In this document: piece by piece, positions 28,129-36,738 of the stretch | Layout of the letters: each line of letters opens with the position of its first letter | Numbering within the stretch: position 1 is the first letter of the stretch | IMG/VR virus record: IMGVR_UViG_3300032893_000018 | Span: 29,898 to 93,897 of that record | DNA from: a virus | Length of the DNA stretch: 64,000 nt | Reading direction: 5' to 3' (one strand) | Program-made: the position numbers and the translations under genes | The notes under the pieces: model-generated | What the model was told of the DNA's origin: nothing | What the model saw: the letters and a program-made list of their open reading frames with translations, nothing else | Databases searched by the model: none

Positions 28129-29523
28129 ATGTCTCAGCAACTCGTCGTAGGCATCCCGCCTGCGGTCCTCAAGCTCCAGCAGGAAGGTCTGCTCGAGCGT
28201 TCGTTCCACGACGGCCTGTTCCCGGCTCTCCTCTTCCGCGGCGAAGCGGAGGTCGACACGTGGCCCGAGCACGCCGGCACCGAGATGCTCTTCACGCGGC
28301 CCGGCCTGATGGCGCCCGTGACGGAGCCGATCGCGCCCGGCACGGACCCGCAGAGCCAGACGGTGCCCTACGAGCAGTGGGTCGCGCAGCTCGTGCGGTA
28401 CGCGAACAGCATCGACACGCACATCCCGACGTCGGTCACGGCGAACGGCGATCTGTTCCTCCGCAACATCCACCAGCTCGGCCTGAACGCCGGGCAGTCG
28501 GTGAACCGCATCGTGCGCAACGCGCTCTTCGTCCCGTACCTCTCGGGGTCGACGAACATGATCGCGGCGGGCGGCAGCACGGACGACACGATCCGCGTCG
28601 CCGCGCTGAACGGCTTCACGGACGTCGTGCTGACGGCGAACGTGCGACCGGTGCCGGTGAGCTCGTCCTCGCCGCTGCCGATCACGATCAAGAACTCGGG
28701 CGGCGACATCGCGGTGAACGTCGTCGGTTTCGAGGCGGACGACCCGACCGATCCGAACGGCCCGGGCACGCTCTTCCTCGACGCCGCGCTCGGCGCGACC
28801 GTGGCGATCCGCACGCCGGTGCTCTCGGCGAACCGGCCGATCATCATCCGCGCGGGCGGCGGCTTCTCGGTCGACGCGATCAGCTCGTCCGACGTGCTGC
28901 AGCTGCAGGACATCATCAACGCGGTCCAGAAGCTGCGTAAGCAGAACGTGATGCCCCACGAGGACGGGTTCTTCCACGACCACGTCCCGACGGAGGGCGA
29001 GGCCCAGCTGTTCACCGACCAGGTCGTGCAGCGCCTCAACACGTCCCGCCCCGACGACGTCTACTACCAGGAGGCGTTCATCGGGACGATGGCCGGGTGC
29101 GTGCACTACTCGAACAACGAGTGCCCGGACTCGGACAACAGCGGCACGCTCGTGTCGACGGGCACGAGCTCGTTCTACTCGCGCGGCATCGGCGCGGAGA
29201 CGATCAACGCGGCCGGCGTGCGCATCGGTCGCCTGATCATCACGGGCCGCGGCGTCCTCCAGGAGCGGTGGATGGACGAGAACAAGTACCTCACCGAGGC
29301 CGGCGTCACCGGCAAGGTCGGGGACTTCCAGATCGTCAACATGGGCATCCAGGTCGACACCGACCGCGTGCAGCTCAAGCTGCGCGCGCCGCTGAACAAG
29401 CTCATGGACGAGGTGAGCGCGACGTGGGCGGCGACGACGTCGTTCGCCGCGCCGACCGACATCGCGTCGGGGGGCCCTCAGAGATATAAGAGGGCCATCT
29501 GCGTGGAATTCGCAATCGAATGA
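28129..29523 (+). CDS. Major capsid protein
   Basis: 464 aa after scaffold; very high GC3; typical position and size. Confidence 0.8.
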   Translation: MSQQLVVGIPPAVLKLQQEGLLERSFHDGLFPALLFRGEAEVDTWPEHAGTEMLFTRPGLMAPVTEPIAPGTDPQSQTVPYEQWVAQLVRYANSIDTHIPTSVTANGDLFLRNIHQLGLNAGQSVNRIVRNALFVPYLSGSTNMIAAGGSTDDTIRVAALNGFTDVVLTANVRPVPVSSSSPLPITIKNSGGDIAVNVVGFEADDPTDPNGPGTLFLDAALGATVAIRTPVLSANRPIIIRAGGGFSVDAISSSDVLQLQDIINAVQKLRKQNVMPHEDGFFHDHVPTEGEAQLFTDQVVQRLNTSRPDDVYYQEAFIGTMAGCVHYSNNECPDSDNSGTLVSTGTSSFYSRGIGAETINAAGVRIGRLIITGRGVLQERWMDENKYLTEAGVTGKVGDFQIVNMGIQVDTDRVQLKLRAPLNKLMDEVSATWAATTSFAAPTDIASGGPQRYKRAICVEFAIE

Positions 29524-29583
29524 TTCCGAGCACTTAGCTCGCCGCTTAAACCGCGGCGGGCCGAGTGCGGCATCATTCGGGGC

Positions 29584-30378
29584 GTGAAGCGCTGCACGAT
29601 CTGCACTCGCGAGCATCACCGCAAAGACGGTCGGTGCTCCGAGTGCAGTCGCGCACGCAAGCGCGGCGAGCTCTACGGCCGCGCGATCGAGTGGGGGATG
29701 CGCGCCGCGACGGGTCTTCGAGCGTGCACGCACTGCGGGGCGATGAAGGACGTCGACGCCTTCAAGTGGCAGAAGCGGAAGCTCGGCAGGCATCGAACGT
29801 CTTGGTGCAGGGCGTGCCTCAACGAGCGCGCGAACGAGTCGATGAAGGTGCTCTGGCACTCGCCCGAGCGGAGGGCCTTGCGCGGGTTGCAGCGGGGGAT
29901 GCGGTGGCTTTGCAGGCCGAAGCCGTTGACTCCGAACGAACGCGCGGCCAATTGGCGGAATGCGAACCGGGAGCGTTACCGAGAGATCACGCGGTCGTTT
30001 TGGCGCACGCCGAAGGGCAAAGCCTGGATCCGGAATAACCGGGACAAGTTGAGCGCAGCCCGCAAGCGCTTCGCCAGGACGCCGCACGGCCGCGAGGCGA
30101 TCCGCCTGCAGGCGCAGAAGCGGCGGGTGCTCATCGCGCGGGCGGTGTGCACGCTCACGCGGGCCGAGTGGGAGGCGATCGTCGAGCGGCACCGCCACTG
30201 CTGCGCGTACTGCGGGAAGAAGCTCGTCGGCGCCGACCTGACGATGGACCACGTCGTGCCGATCTCGAAGGGCGGGCACCACACGGCGGCGAACGTCGTG
30301 CCCGCATGCGGCTCGTGCAACTCGAGGAAGCACGCGCTGGGCCTGGAGGACTTCCTCGCGCGCCTCCGGTCGTCGTAG
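29584..30378 (+). CDS. Free-standing HNH endonuclease
   Basis: CAYCG...DHVVPISKGG...NVVPACGSCNSRK; N-terminal zinc fingers. Confidence 0.92.
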   Translation: MKRCTICTREHHRKDGRCSECSRARKRGELYGRAIEWGMRAATGLRACTHCGAMKDVDAFKWQKRKLGRHRTSWCRACLNERANESMKVLWHSPERRALRGLQRGMRWLCRPKPLTPNERAANWRNANRERYREITRSFWRTPKGKAWIRNNRDKLSAARKRFARTPHGREAIRLQAQKRRVLIARAVCTLTRAEWEAIVERHRHCCAYCGKKLVGADLTMDHVVPISKGGHHTAANVVPACGSCNSRKHALGLEDFLARLRSS

Positions 30379-30406
30379 TACCCTCCCGCCTGGAGGACCG
30401 AAAACC

Positions 30407-30784
30407 ATGCGACACAACAGGCAGCAACGAACGCACGCGCCCGCCGCGCCGACCGCCAAGCAGGGTGGCACGACCGTGACCACGCTCGGCACCGGGCCGA
30501 TCCCGAACGTCGACCCGCAGCTGATCGACCATTCCGGCAAGATCGGCGGCGACGCGACGGCGCACAACCCGCCACCGCCCGACGAGCCCGTGCCGCCGCC
30601 CGAGCAGTACGTCGTGCTCGTGGACAAGATGGCGACGGTGAACGGCTTCCGCACGATGATGCGGCGGGGCAAGGTCGTCGACCGCGCGAACTACGACGTG
30701 AAGTCGCTCGCCGCGCAGGGCGTGCGCATGAAGAAGCTCGCCGCGGGCGAGGAGCCGGGCGACGTTCTGCTCGAGACCGGCTGA
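30407..30784 (+). CDS. Hypothetical head-associated protein
   Basis: GGAGG SD. Confidence 0.6.
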   Translation: MRHNRQQRTHAPAAPTAKQGGTTVTTLGTGPIPNVDPQLIDHSGKIGGDATAHNPPPPDEPVPPPEQYVVLVDKMATVNGFRTMMRRGKVVDRANYDVKSLAAQGVRMKKLAAGEEPGDVLLETG

Positions 30785-30796
30785 AAGGAGTAGCCG

Positions 30797-31207
30797 GTGT
30801 CCGTCCCCGCGCCTCTCACGGACGACGAGAAGAGCCGCGTCCGGTACCACATGGGCTACCCGGAGGTGCGGGCGGCGGCGACGTTCGCGCTCGGCATGCC
30901 GGCGACGGTCGAGACGGCGTTCCTGATCGAGCTCGCGCTGAACCAGCTGACGGACCAGGGTCGGGCGCGGTGCAGGTACATCCTCTCCGTGCTCGATTCG
31001 CTCGACGCGCAGATGGTCGATAACGCGGAAAACCTCGCGGCGGAGGCGGTGGGCGACATCAAGATCAATCTGCGCGAGCAGAAGCACCTGAACTACAAGT
31101 ACGACCGGTGGGTCGCGTCGCTCTCGAACCTGCTCACCGTGCCGCGCAATCCCTTCGACCAGCGGCTCACGCAGTCGGGCGGGATCAACGTCGGCGTGAT
31201 GGGGTGA
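30797..31207 (+). CDS. Putative head-tail adaptor
   Basis: LTDDEKSRVRYHMGY; position. Confidence 0.6.
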   Translation: MSVPAPLTDDEKSRVRYHMGYPEVRAAATFALGMPATVETAFLIELALNQLTDQGRARCRYILSVLDSLDAQMVDNAENLAAEAVGDIKINLREQKHLNYKYDRWVASLSNLLTVPRNPFDQRLTQSGGINVGVMG

Positions 31208-31211
31208 GCCG

Positions 31212-31430
31212 GTGGCCCGCAAGTACGTCATTGCGACCGACCACCCGAGCGGGGATCTGATCTTCCCGGCGACGCAACGGTTCGACACTCGCGAGGAGGC
31301 AGAAGCGGAGCTCTCCACGCACACCGCGGAGTTCAGGGCAACGCACCGGATCGTGGAGGGTGACGAGGCGCCGGATGGCGTCCTCGACTTTGAGGGGTAC
31401 CGCAGGCGTCGGCCAGGGGATCCGGTCTGA
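31212..31430 (+). CDS. Small hypothetical protein
   Basis: Coupled ORF. Confidence 0.45.
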   Translation: MARKYVIATDHPSGDLIFPATQRFDTREEAEAELSTHTAEFRATHRIVEGDEAPDGVLDFEGYRRRRPGDPV

Positions 31431-32068
31431 TGCCCGTCCCGAAGCCGCTGCCGTCCGGCCCGGTCGCGCGCACGAAGCTCGCCCACAAGCTCGCGCGCCG
31501 CGCCGATCGCATCCGGCAGATCGCGACGAAGTTCGGCGCGATGCCGTACCGCGTCTTCCTGACGTGGGAGCGGTGGTCGGGCGGCAGGGTCGGCGCGGGC
31601 GACCCGGCCATCTACCGGCGCATCGAGCTCCTGCCGACGCCGCGCGTGGCCGACATGACGGCGATCACGCTGCGAACGACGCCGGTCGGGACGTTCCCCG
31701 AGGGGAGCCTGCGCGTCGACCGCGTGAGCTGCTTCGCGTACACGGAGGACGTCCTGCGCGGGCTCGCGATCCCGCCCGCCGCGCCGAACGAGCAGCCGCA
31801 GCTGCCGCCGATGATCGACCAGCGCGGGCCGGGCGCCGACGAGCGGTTCGGGCCGTCGATGGACTTCTACTACGAGGTGGTCGAAGACGGTCGCGGCGAC
31901 GACCCCGCCTATCGGAAGCGGTTCCGCATCATGGCGGGGCCGTGGAGGAACGCGACGGGCGTCGAGTGGGCGGTGGTGGTGCAGCGCGCGTCGCAGGACG
32001 ACGACCGCCGCGGACAGCCCGTCACGCCGGAGCAGGACGCGGCGCTCGCGCGGTTCTTCGGGCGGTGA
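31430..32068 (+). CDS. Putative head closure/stopper protein
   Basis: Position in head-tail module. Confidence 0.5.
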   Translation: MPVPKPLPSGPVARTKLAHKLARRADRIRQIATKFGAMPYRVFLTWERWSGGRVGAGDPAIYRRIELLPTPRVADMTAITLRTTPVGTFPEGSLRVDRVSCFAYTEDVLRGLAIPPAAPNEQPQLPPMIDQRGPGADERFGPSMDFYYEVVEDGRGDDPAYRKRFRIMAGPWRNATGVEWAVVVQRASQDDDRRGQPVTPEQDAALARFFGR

Positions 32069-32090
32069 CCGCGGCGGCATGATCGGATCG

Positions 32091-32264
32091 ATGGCCGATT
32101 GCTTGGTTTGCGCTGAGGCGAAACCCCTCAAGATTTGTGAGAAGTGCGGGTTGCAGATGGCCATCAGCATCTTGCAAAACGCGGTGCTGGACGATGGGCA
32201 GCAGCAGGAAGTGCTGAAGACCGCCGTCAAACGCGCGCTCGTACTGCTGGAAGCATTGGGTTGA
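32091..32264 (+). CDS. Small zinc-finger protein
   Basis: CLVC...CEKC; lower GC; first gene of the inserted cassette. Confidence 0.5.
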   Translation: MADCLVCAEAKPLKICEKCGLQMAISILQNAVLDDGQQQEVLKTAVKRALVLLEALG

Positions 32265-32320
32265 GTGCGGCATGACCTCCGAACGTGGGCCATCTTGACC
32301 CACCCAACAGGAGGCACGAC

Positions 32321-32995
32321 ATGACCAGGCAACCCAAGAAGGAATCGATCGACCGGGCGAAGGCGCTCATCACGGGCGGCGGGGAGGAGCGGGTGTCGCT
32401 CAAGGCGCCCGACCTGCGGGTGGCGACCTTCCACATCGTCGGCACCGCGCCGTACGTTCAGAACAAGTTTTCGAACAAGGCGCGCGAGATGATGAAGCAG
32501 ACCCAGATGATGGGGTCGCAGGCGAAGACCCGGAAGGTGCGCGAGCCGAAGGACTTCGACGCCGTGTACCGGGGCGCGATGCACCTCACCGAGGACGGTA
32601 AGTACGGGATCCCGGCGAACGCCTTCAGGTCGGCCTTGATCTCGGTGTGCCGCCTCATCGGGTTCAAGATGGTGCTCGCGAAGCTGTCGGTGTTCGTGCT
32701 GCCCGACGGGTTCGACGCGGACGATGGCACGCCGCTCGTGTTCATCAACGGCGAGCCGGTGGCGCACGAGACGGTCGGCAGGAACGACAACGGCAGCGCC
32801 GACATCCGCGTGCGCCCGATGTGGCGAGAGTGGTCGGCCGACGTGCGCGTGCGGTTCGATGCGGACCAGTTCTCGCACAAGGACGTCGCGAACCTGCTGA
32901 TGCGCGTCGGCATGCAGGCGGGCGTCGGCGAGGGGCGGCCCGACTCGAAGAACAGCGGCGGCATCGGCTGGGGCACGTTCGAGTTGGAGGGCTGA
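32321..32995 (+). CDS. Stand-alone RAMP/Cas7-like RNA-binding protein
   Basis: N-terminal strand FHIVGTAPY, YGIPANAFRSAL (RAMP IP-x-S-x-K/R helix), RVRPMWREWS, C-terminal Gly-rich loop GVGEGRP...GWGTF; AGGAGG SD. Confidence 0.75.
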   Translation: MTRQPKKESIDRAKALITGGGEERVSLKAPDLRVATFHIVGTAPYVQNKFSNKAREMMKQTQMMGSQAKTRKVREPKDFDAVYRGAMHLTEDGKYGIPANAFRSALISVCRLIGFKMVLAKLSVFVLPDGFDADDGTPLVFINGEPVAHETVGRNDNGSADIRVRPMWREWSADVRVRFDADQFSHKDVANLLMRVGMQAGVGEGRPDSKNSGGIGWGTFELEG

Positions 32996-32998
32996 GCG

Positions 32999-33442
32999 AT
33001 GGCCGAGATTACCGACAAGGTCATCGACAGGCTCGAGGCGCTGAGGAAGAAGGGAGGTGGCGTCCTCACGCCCGAGGCCGTGCTCGCCGACGCGAAGGCG
33101 AAGGCGAGCCCGCTCCACGCGCACTTCGACTGGGACGACACGGTAGCGGCGCACCGCTACCGGCTGATCCAGGCGGGGCAGCTCATCGTGCGCGTGAAGG
33201 TCACCATCGAGCCGCGGACGCAGCGCGACGTGCAGGTCGACGTGCAGATGTACGAGCAGACCGGGCAGGAGCAGGGCGAACGCGTGTACCGGCACATCGC
33301 CGACATCGCGACGAACGAGGAGTACTACGCCGAGCTGCTCGACTCGGCGAAGAAGGAGCTGCAGGCATTCCAAAGGAGGTATCAATCGCTCAAGGAGCTG
33401 CGGGCGCTCTTCGAGCAGATCGAGAAGTTGTTCGCGGCCTGA
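32999..33442 (+). CDS. Partner protein of the RAMP gene
   Basis: LTPEAVLADA...SPLHAHFDWDDTVAAHRYRLIQA motif; coupled to the RAMP gene. Confidence 0.7.
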   Translation: MAEITDKVIDRLEALRKKGGGVLTPEAVLADAKAKASPLHAHFDWDDTVAAHRYRLIQAGQLIVRVKVTIEPRTQRDVQVDVQMYEQTGQEQGERVYRHIADIATNEEYYAELLDSAKKELQAFQRRYQSLKELRALFEQIEKLFAA

Positions 33443-33445
33443 CCA

Positions 33446-33772
33446 CGCAGGCGCCGCATCTCTTCGCTCCGCGCCACAACACGGTCCTCCTCACCGCTCC
33501 GCAACGCAGGCTACGCCACGCCCCGCTTCACGCAACCCCGCCGCACCAGCCATCGCAGGCTACGCACCGTTCCGCCGCGCTACGCCCCGCCCGTACTCCG
33601 CCGCCCACTTCATCGCAGGCTCCGCTCCGCTCCGCCACGCGTGTCAGCACAACGCACCGCCACGCTCATCAGCTCACCGCAGGCCTCGCTCGTCTCTCCG
33701 GTCCTGGCACGGCTCATCTGTGCTTCGCAGGCATCGCCACGCACCGTCACGCATCGCATCGGCCGGCAACGC
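33446..33772 (+). ncRNA. Pentamer-periodic array of 6 units, putative guide RNAs
   Basis: CGCAGGC at 33446,33505,33554,33614,33678,33726; each followed by (NN-CGC-like)n pentamers; strongly C-skewed and intergenic. Confidence 0.75.
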
Positions 33773-33789
33773 TGGTTATCATCTGAACG

Positions 33790-34302
33790 GTGAAGGTCGA
33801 CCTCCGGGACGCCGGGCGCGCGCTCGCGCAGCTCGGCATCGGCATGAACCGAGCCGCTGAGCGCGGGCTCCTCTCCGCGGCGATCCGCGGCGTGCAGATC
33901 ATCCAAAGCCAGATCATCCCGTCGAAGGTCCCGCAGCCGGTCGACCGCGGGCTCTACCGCGCCGGGTGGAAGTGGGGGCCGGTGCCCGGCGGCGGCGAGC
34001 TGTGGAACTCGGAGCCGCACGCGCCGCTGATCGAGTTCGGCGTGCGCGCCGGGAACATCAAGGTCGGGCGCAAGATGATCGACGCGCTCACCGAGTGGGC
34101 GATGCGAAAGGGGATCGCGTCGGACCGCAAGGAGGCGCGCCGGGTGGCGTGGGCGATTGCGCGGCGCATGAAGAAGCGCGGGATCTTCAATCGCGGCCGC
34201 GGGCTCGGGATCCTCAAGGAGCTCATGACGAAACGCATGCCGGCGATCATCCGCGAGGAGATCAAGCTGGAGGTCGCGCGCGAGCTCGCTCGGCGGCAAT
34301 AA
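33790..34302 (+). CDS. Neck/tail-completion protein (HK97 gp10-like)
   Basis: PVDRGLYRAGW, HAPLIEFG, IARRMKKRG. Confidence 0.7.
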   Translation: MKVDLRDAGRALAQLGIGMNRAAERGLLSAAIRGVQIIQSQIIPSKVPQPVDRGLYRAGWKWGPVPGGGELWNSEPHAPLIEFGVRAGNIKVGRKMIDALTEWAMRKGIASDRKEARRVAWAIARRMKKRGIFNRGRGLGILKELMTKRMPAIIREEIKLEVARELARRQ

Positions 34303-34466
34303 CGGGGGATGAGTCCGAGGACGGCGCGGCGTGGGATCTTGATGGTGGGCTTCCTGCTCGGCGTGGCGGCGTTCGAGGGCACGTCCGCGATCGTGGCGTG
34401 GCTGAGCGGGGCTGCGTGCGGCATGTGGTACGTGATGAGCGAAGTCGACAAGCAGGACGACGTGCC

Positions 34467-34820
34467 GTGACGTTCGCCGACGACTACGACCACGTGATGG
34501 CGCACGGTCTCGCGCGCGAGTTCGAGCTGCCGTGCGGGATCCGCATGCTGCCGCTCAACATCCGGCTCGTGCATCTGTCGGCGCAGTATCAAGACGGCGT
34601 GGTCGCCGACCAAGTGTCGATCGGCGCGGCGGTGACCGTTCTGGAGCGCACCACGCGCGCGACAGTGCAGGTGCAGGCGTCGCAGTTGTTCGACGCCGAG
34701 GTCTATCGCAACGATCCGCGCGCGATCGTGAAGCGCGTGCTGATGTCGATCCTCGAGCACGAGGTCGACGAGCTCCTCCTGCACAACGGCGAGTACCAGG
34801 ACCCGCACCGAGGACGATGA
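34467..34820 (+). CDS. Hypothetical protein
   Basis: LEHEVDE...DPH motif. Confidence 0.6.
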   Translation: MTFADDYDHVMAHGLAREFELPCGIRMLPLNIRLVHLSAQYQDGVVADQVSIGAAVTVLERTTRATVQVQASQLFDAEVYRNDPRAIVKRVLMSILEHEVDELLLHNGEYQDPHRGR

Positions 34821-35077
34821 ACCAAGCCGCCCACCTCGTGAACCAGCTCCGCATGATCGGCGGGCAGGGCGCGGAAGTGAAGCAGACTCCAAACGAGTAT
34901 CTCGAGCGGAAGGTGGCGGGTCGGTGCGTTACCCCGTACTGCACTGAACCGGCGGGCGAGACCGTCTACTGCGAGAAGCACCGCGTGCGGCACAACCGGC
35001 TGATGACGAAGTCGAGGGAGCGACGACGCGCACTCAAGACGGCCCCGATGTCTCATCCGGAGAAGGGTGGGCCATGA
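34817..35077 (+). CDS. Small zinc-finger protein
   Basis: GRCVTPYC...YCEKH. Confidence 0.55.
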   Translation: MNQAAHLVNQLRMIGGQGAEVKQTPNEYLERKVAGRCVTPYCTEPAGETVYCEKHRVRHNRLMTKSRERRRALKTAPMSHPEKGGP

Positions 35078-35421
35078 TGGGCATGGCCGACGACGCGACG
35101 CCGGGCGGCCTGCTGATGCTCGCCGCGACCATCGAGCTCGCCGTGCTCGTGGTCGTCATCGTCGTGCTCAAGTGGCGCGCGTCGAAGGCGCCGGTGATCG
35201 ACGCGATCGAGGTCGAGCTCACGCACGAGGAGCTCCGGCTCGTGAGCGACGCGCTCGACTCCCACGTGTACTGGCAGCTGTCCGACGAGAGGTACCGGAG
35301 CGACGGGATCGTGATCGGGGAGGGCTCCGACGACCCGGCCGCTCGCTCCGAGATCGAGCGGTGCGAGGAGCTGCGCGAGCGGGTGGACGAGATCGCGGCG
35401 CGGTTGAACATCAGCCACTGA
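35074..35421 (+). CDS. Membrane-anchored hypothetical protein
   Basis: One TM helix. Confidence 0.55.
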   Translation: MMGMADDATPGGLLMLAATIELAVLVVVIVVLKWRASKAPVIDAIEVELTHEELRLVSDALDSHVYWQLSDERYRSDGIVIGEGSDDPAARSEIERCEELRERVDEIAARLNISH

Positions 35422-35439
35422 CCTGCGAAGCTGACGGGC

Positions 35440-35721
35440 ATGAAGCTCGTCGCCGCGGCGCTCCTCGGGGTCGTGTTCGTCATCATCGCGTGCTCGGTCA
35501 CTCCGGCACCGCAGCCGCCGCCGGAGTGCGGGGCGAACGCGTTCTGCGACGGGCTGACGGCGGACTACGCCGCGGCGCTCGCCGACGCGGGGGTGTCCGC
35601 GCTCACGTTCCAGCAGGCGTGCCGCGCGCAGATCGCGCTCGACGTCGACAACCTCGCGGCGTCGATCGCCGCTCTCAAGAACCAGGACGCCGGAGCGCCG
35701 GCAGCAGGAGCAAAGCCGTGA
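35440..35721 (+). CDS. Putative lipoprotein
   Basis: Signal peptide with IIAC lipobox. Confidence 0.6.
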   Translation: MKLVAAALLGVVFVIIACSVTPAPQPPPECGANAFCDGLTADYAAALADAGVSALTFQQACRAQIALDVDNLAASIAALKNQDAGAPAAGAKP

Positions 35722-36719
35722 AGTCGATCTTCTCACCCTCGCACAACCGACATGTGAAGCTCGGGCGTCGCCGCCCCGTCGCGCCCTCGCCGCGCATGCC
35801 GCTGTCGCGCTATCTCCGCGCCGCGCTGCCGACGCCCCCGGCGTCGTGCGACTTCACCGCGAAGGCGCGGTCGGTGCTCGCGATGGTCTACCTGAACGAC
35901 CAGCTCGGCGACTGCGTGATCGCTGGCGGCTATCACATCGTCGGGGTCGAGACAGGCAACGCGACCGGGACGCCGTACGTCGCGACCGACGCCGTGCTCA
36001 AGGCGGACTACCACGCAATCGGCGGGTACGTGGACGGCGACCCGTCGACCGACAACGGCTGCGACGAGGACACGGCGATCAACTACTGGACGTCGCACGG
36101 GTTCGCGAACGGCACGAAGCTCCTCGGCTCGGTGTCCGTCGACGCGACGAACCGGCAGCAAGTCGAGCTCGCGGTGTGGCTCTCCGAGGAGCTCATCGTG
36201 TGCATGGAGCTCCCCGACGCCTTCGTGAACCCGTTTCCCGCGGGCGACGGGTTCGTGTGGGATGTCGCGGGCGCCCCGGTGCCGGACAACGGGCACTCGG
36301 TCGCGATCGCCGGGTACAACGCGCAGGGCGTGATCGTCATCACGTGGGGGATGATCGGGATCATCACGTGGGCCGCGCTCGCGAAGTATGCGAAGCCGTC
36401 CGCGGGCGGCAGCTGCAACATGGTGCTCTCGCCCGATCAGGTCGCGAAGGGACAGACGAAGGCGCCGAACGGCATCGCGTGGCACGACATCGTCGTCGAC
36501 TGCGACGACCTCGGCATGCACGTGCCGGTGCCTCCGAGCCCCGCGCCGCCCGCGCCGACGCCACCGAGCCCGGCGCCCACGCCGACGGCGCTCGGCTACG
36601 ACGCTTGCGTTGCGGCCGTGCAGGCGGGGCTGAAGGGCAGCGGCCTGAGGCTCATGTACGAGGGCACGGCGGAGCACTACGCGATCGCCGGGCTGAAGAA
36701 GGCGTTCGGGCACGTCTGA
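35718..36719 (+). CDS. Papain-like (C1-type) cysteine peptidase domain protein
   Basis: LNDQLGDCVIAG, GHSVAIAGY, ITWG; Pro-rich linker. Confidence 0.7.
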   Translation: MKSIFSPSHNRHVKLGRRRPVAPSPRMPLSRYLRAALPTPPASCDFTAKARSVLAMVYLNDQLGDCVIAGGYHIVGVETGNATGTPYVATDAVLKADYHAIGGYVDGDPSTDNGCDEDTAINYWTSHGFANGTKLLGSVSVDATNRQQVELAVWLSEELIVCMELPDAFVNPFPAGDGFVWDVAGAPVPDNGHSVAIAGYNAQGVIVITWGMIGIITWAALAKYAKPSAGGSCNMVLSPDQVAKGQTKAPNGIAWHDIVVDCDDLGMHVPVPPSPAPPAPTPPSPAPTPTALGYDACVAAVQAGLKGSGLRLMYEGTAEHYAIAGLKKAFGHV

Positions 36720-36738
36720 GGCGCGGCATCATCGGGGC

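Noticed and set aside
33446-33772. Pentamer array as a simple microsatellite or a CRISPR array
   Set aside because: The dinucleotides vary freely while register and the CGCAGGC anchor are kept; there is no 25-40 nt repeat
32647-33786. 379-aa ORF running through the pentamer array
   Set aside because: Off-frame overlap of two real genes; 5-nt periodicity does not fit codon structure
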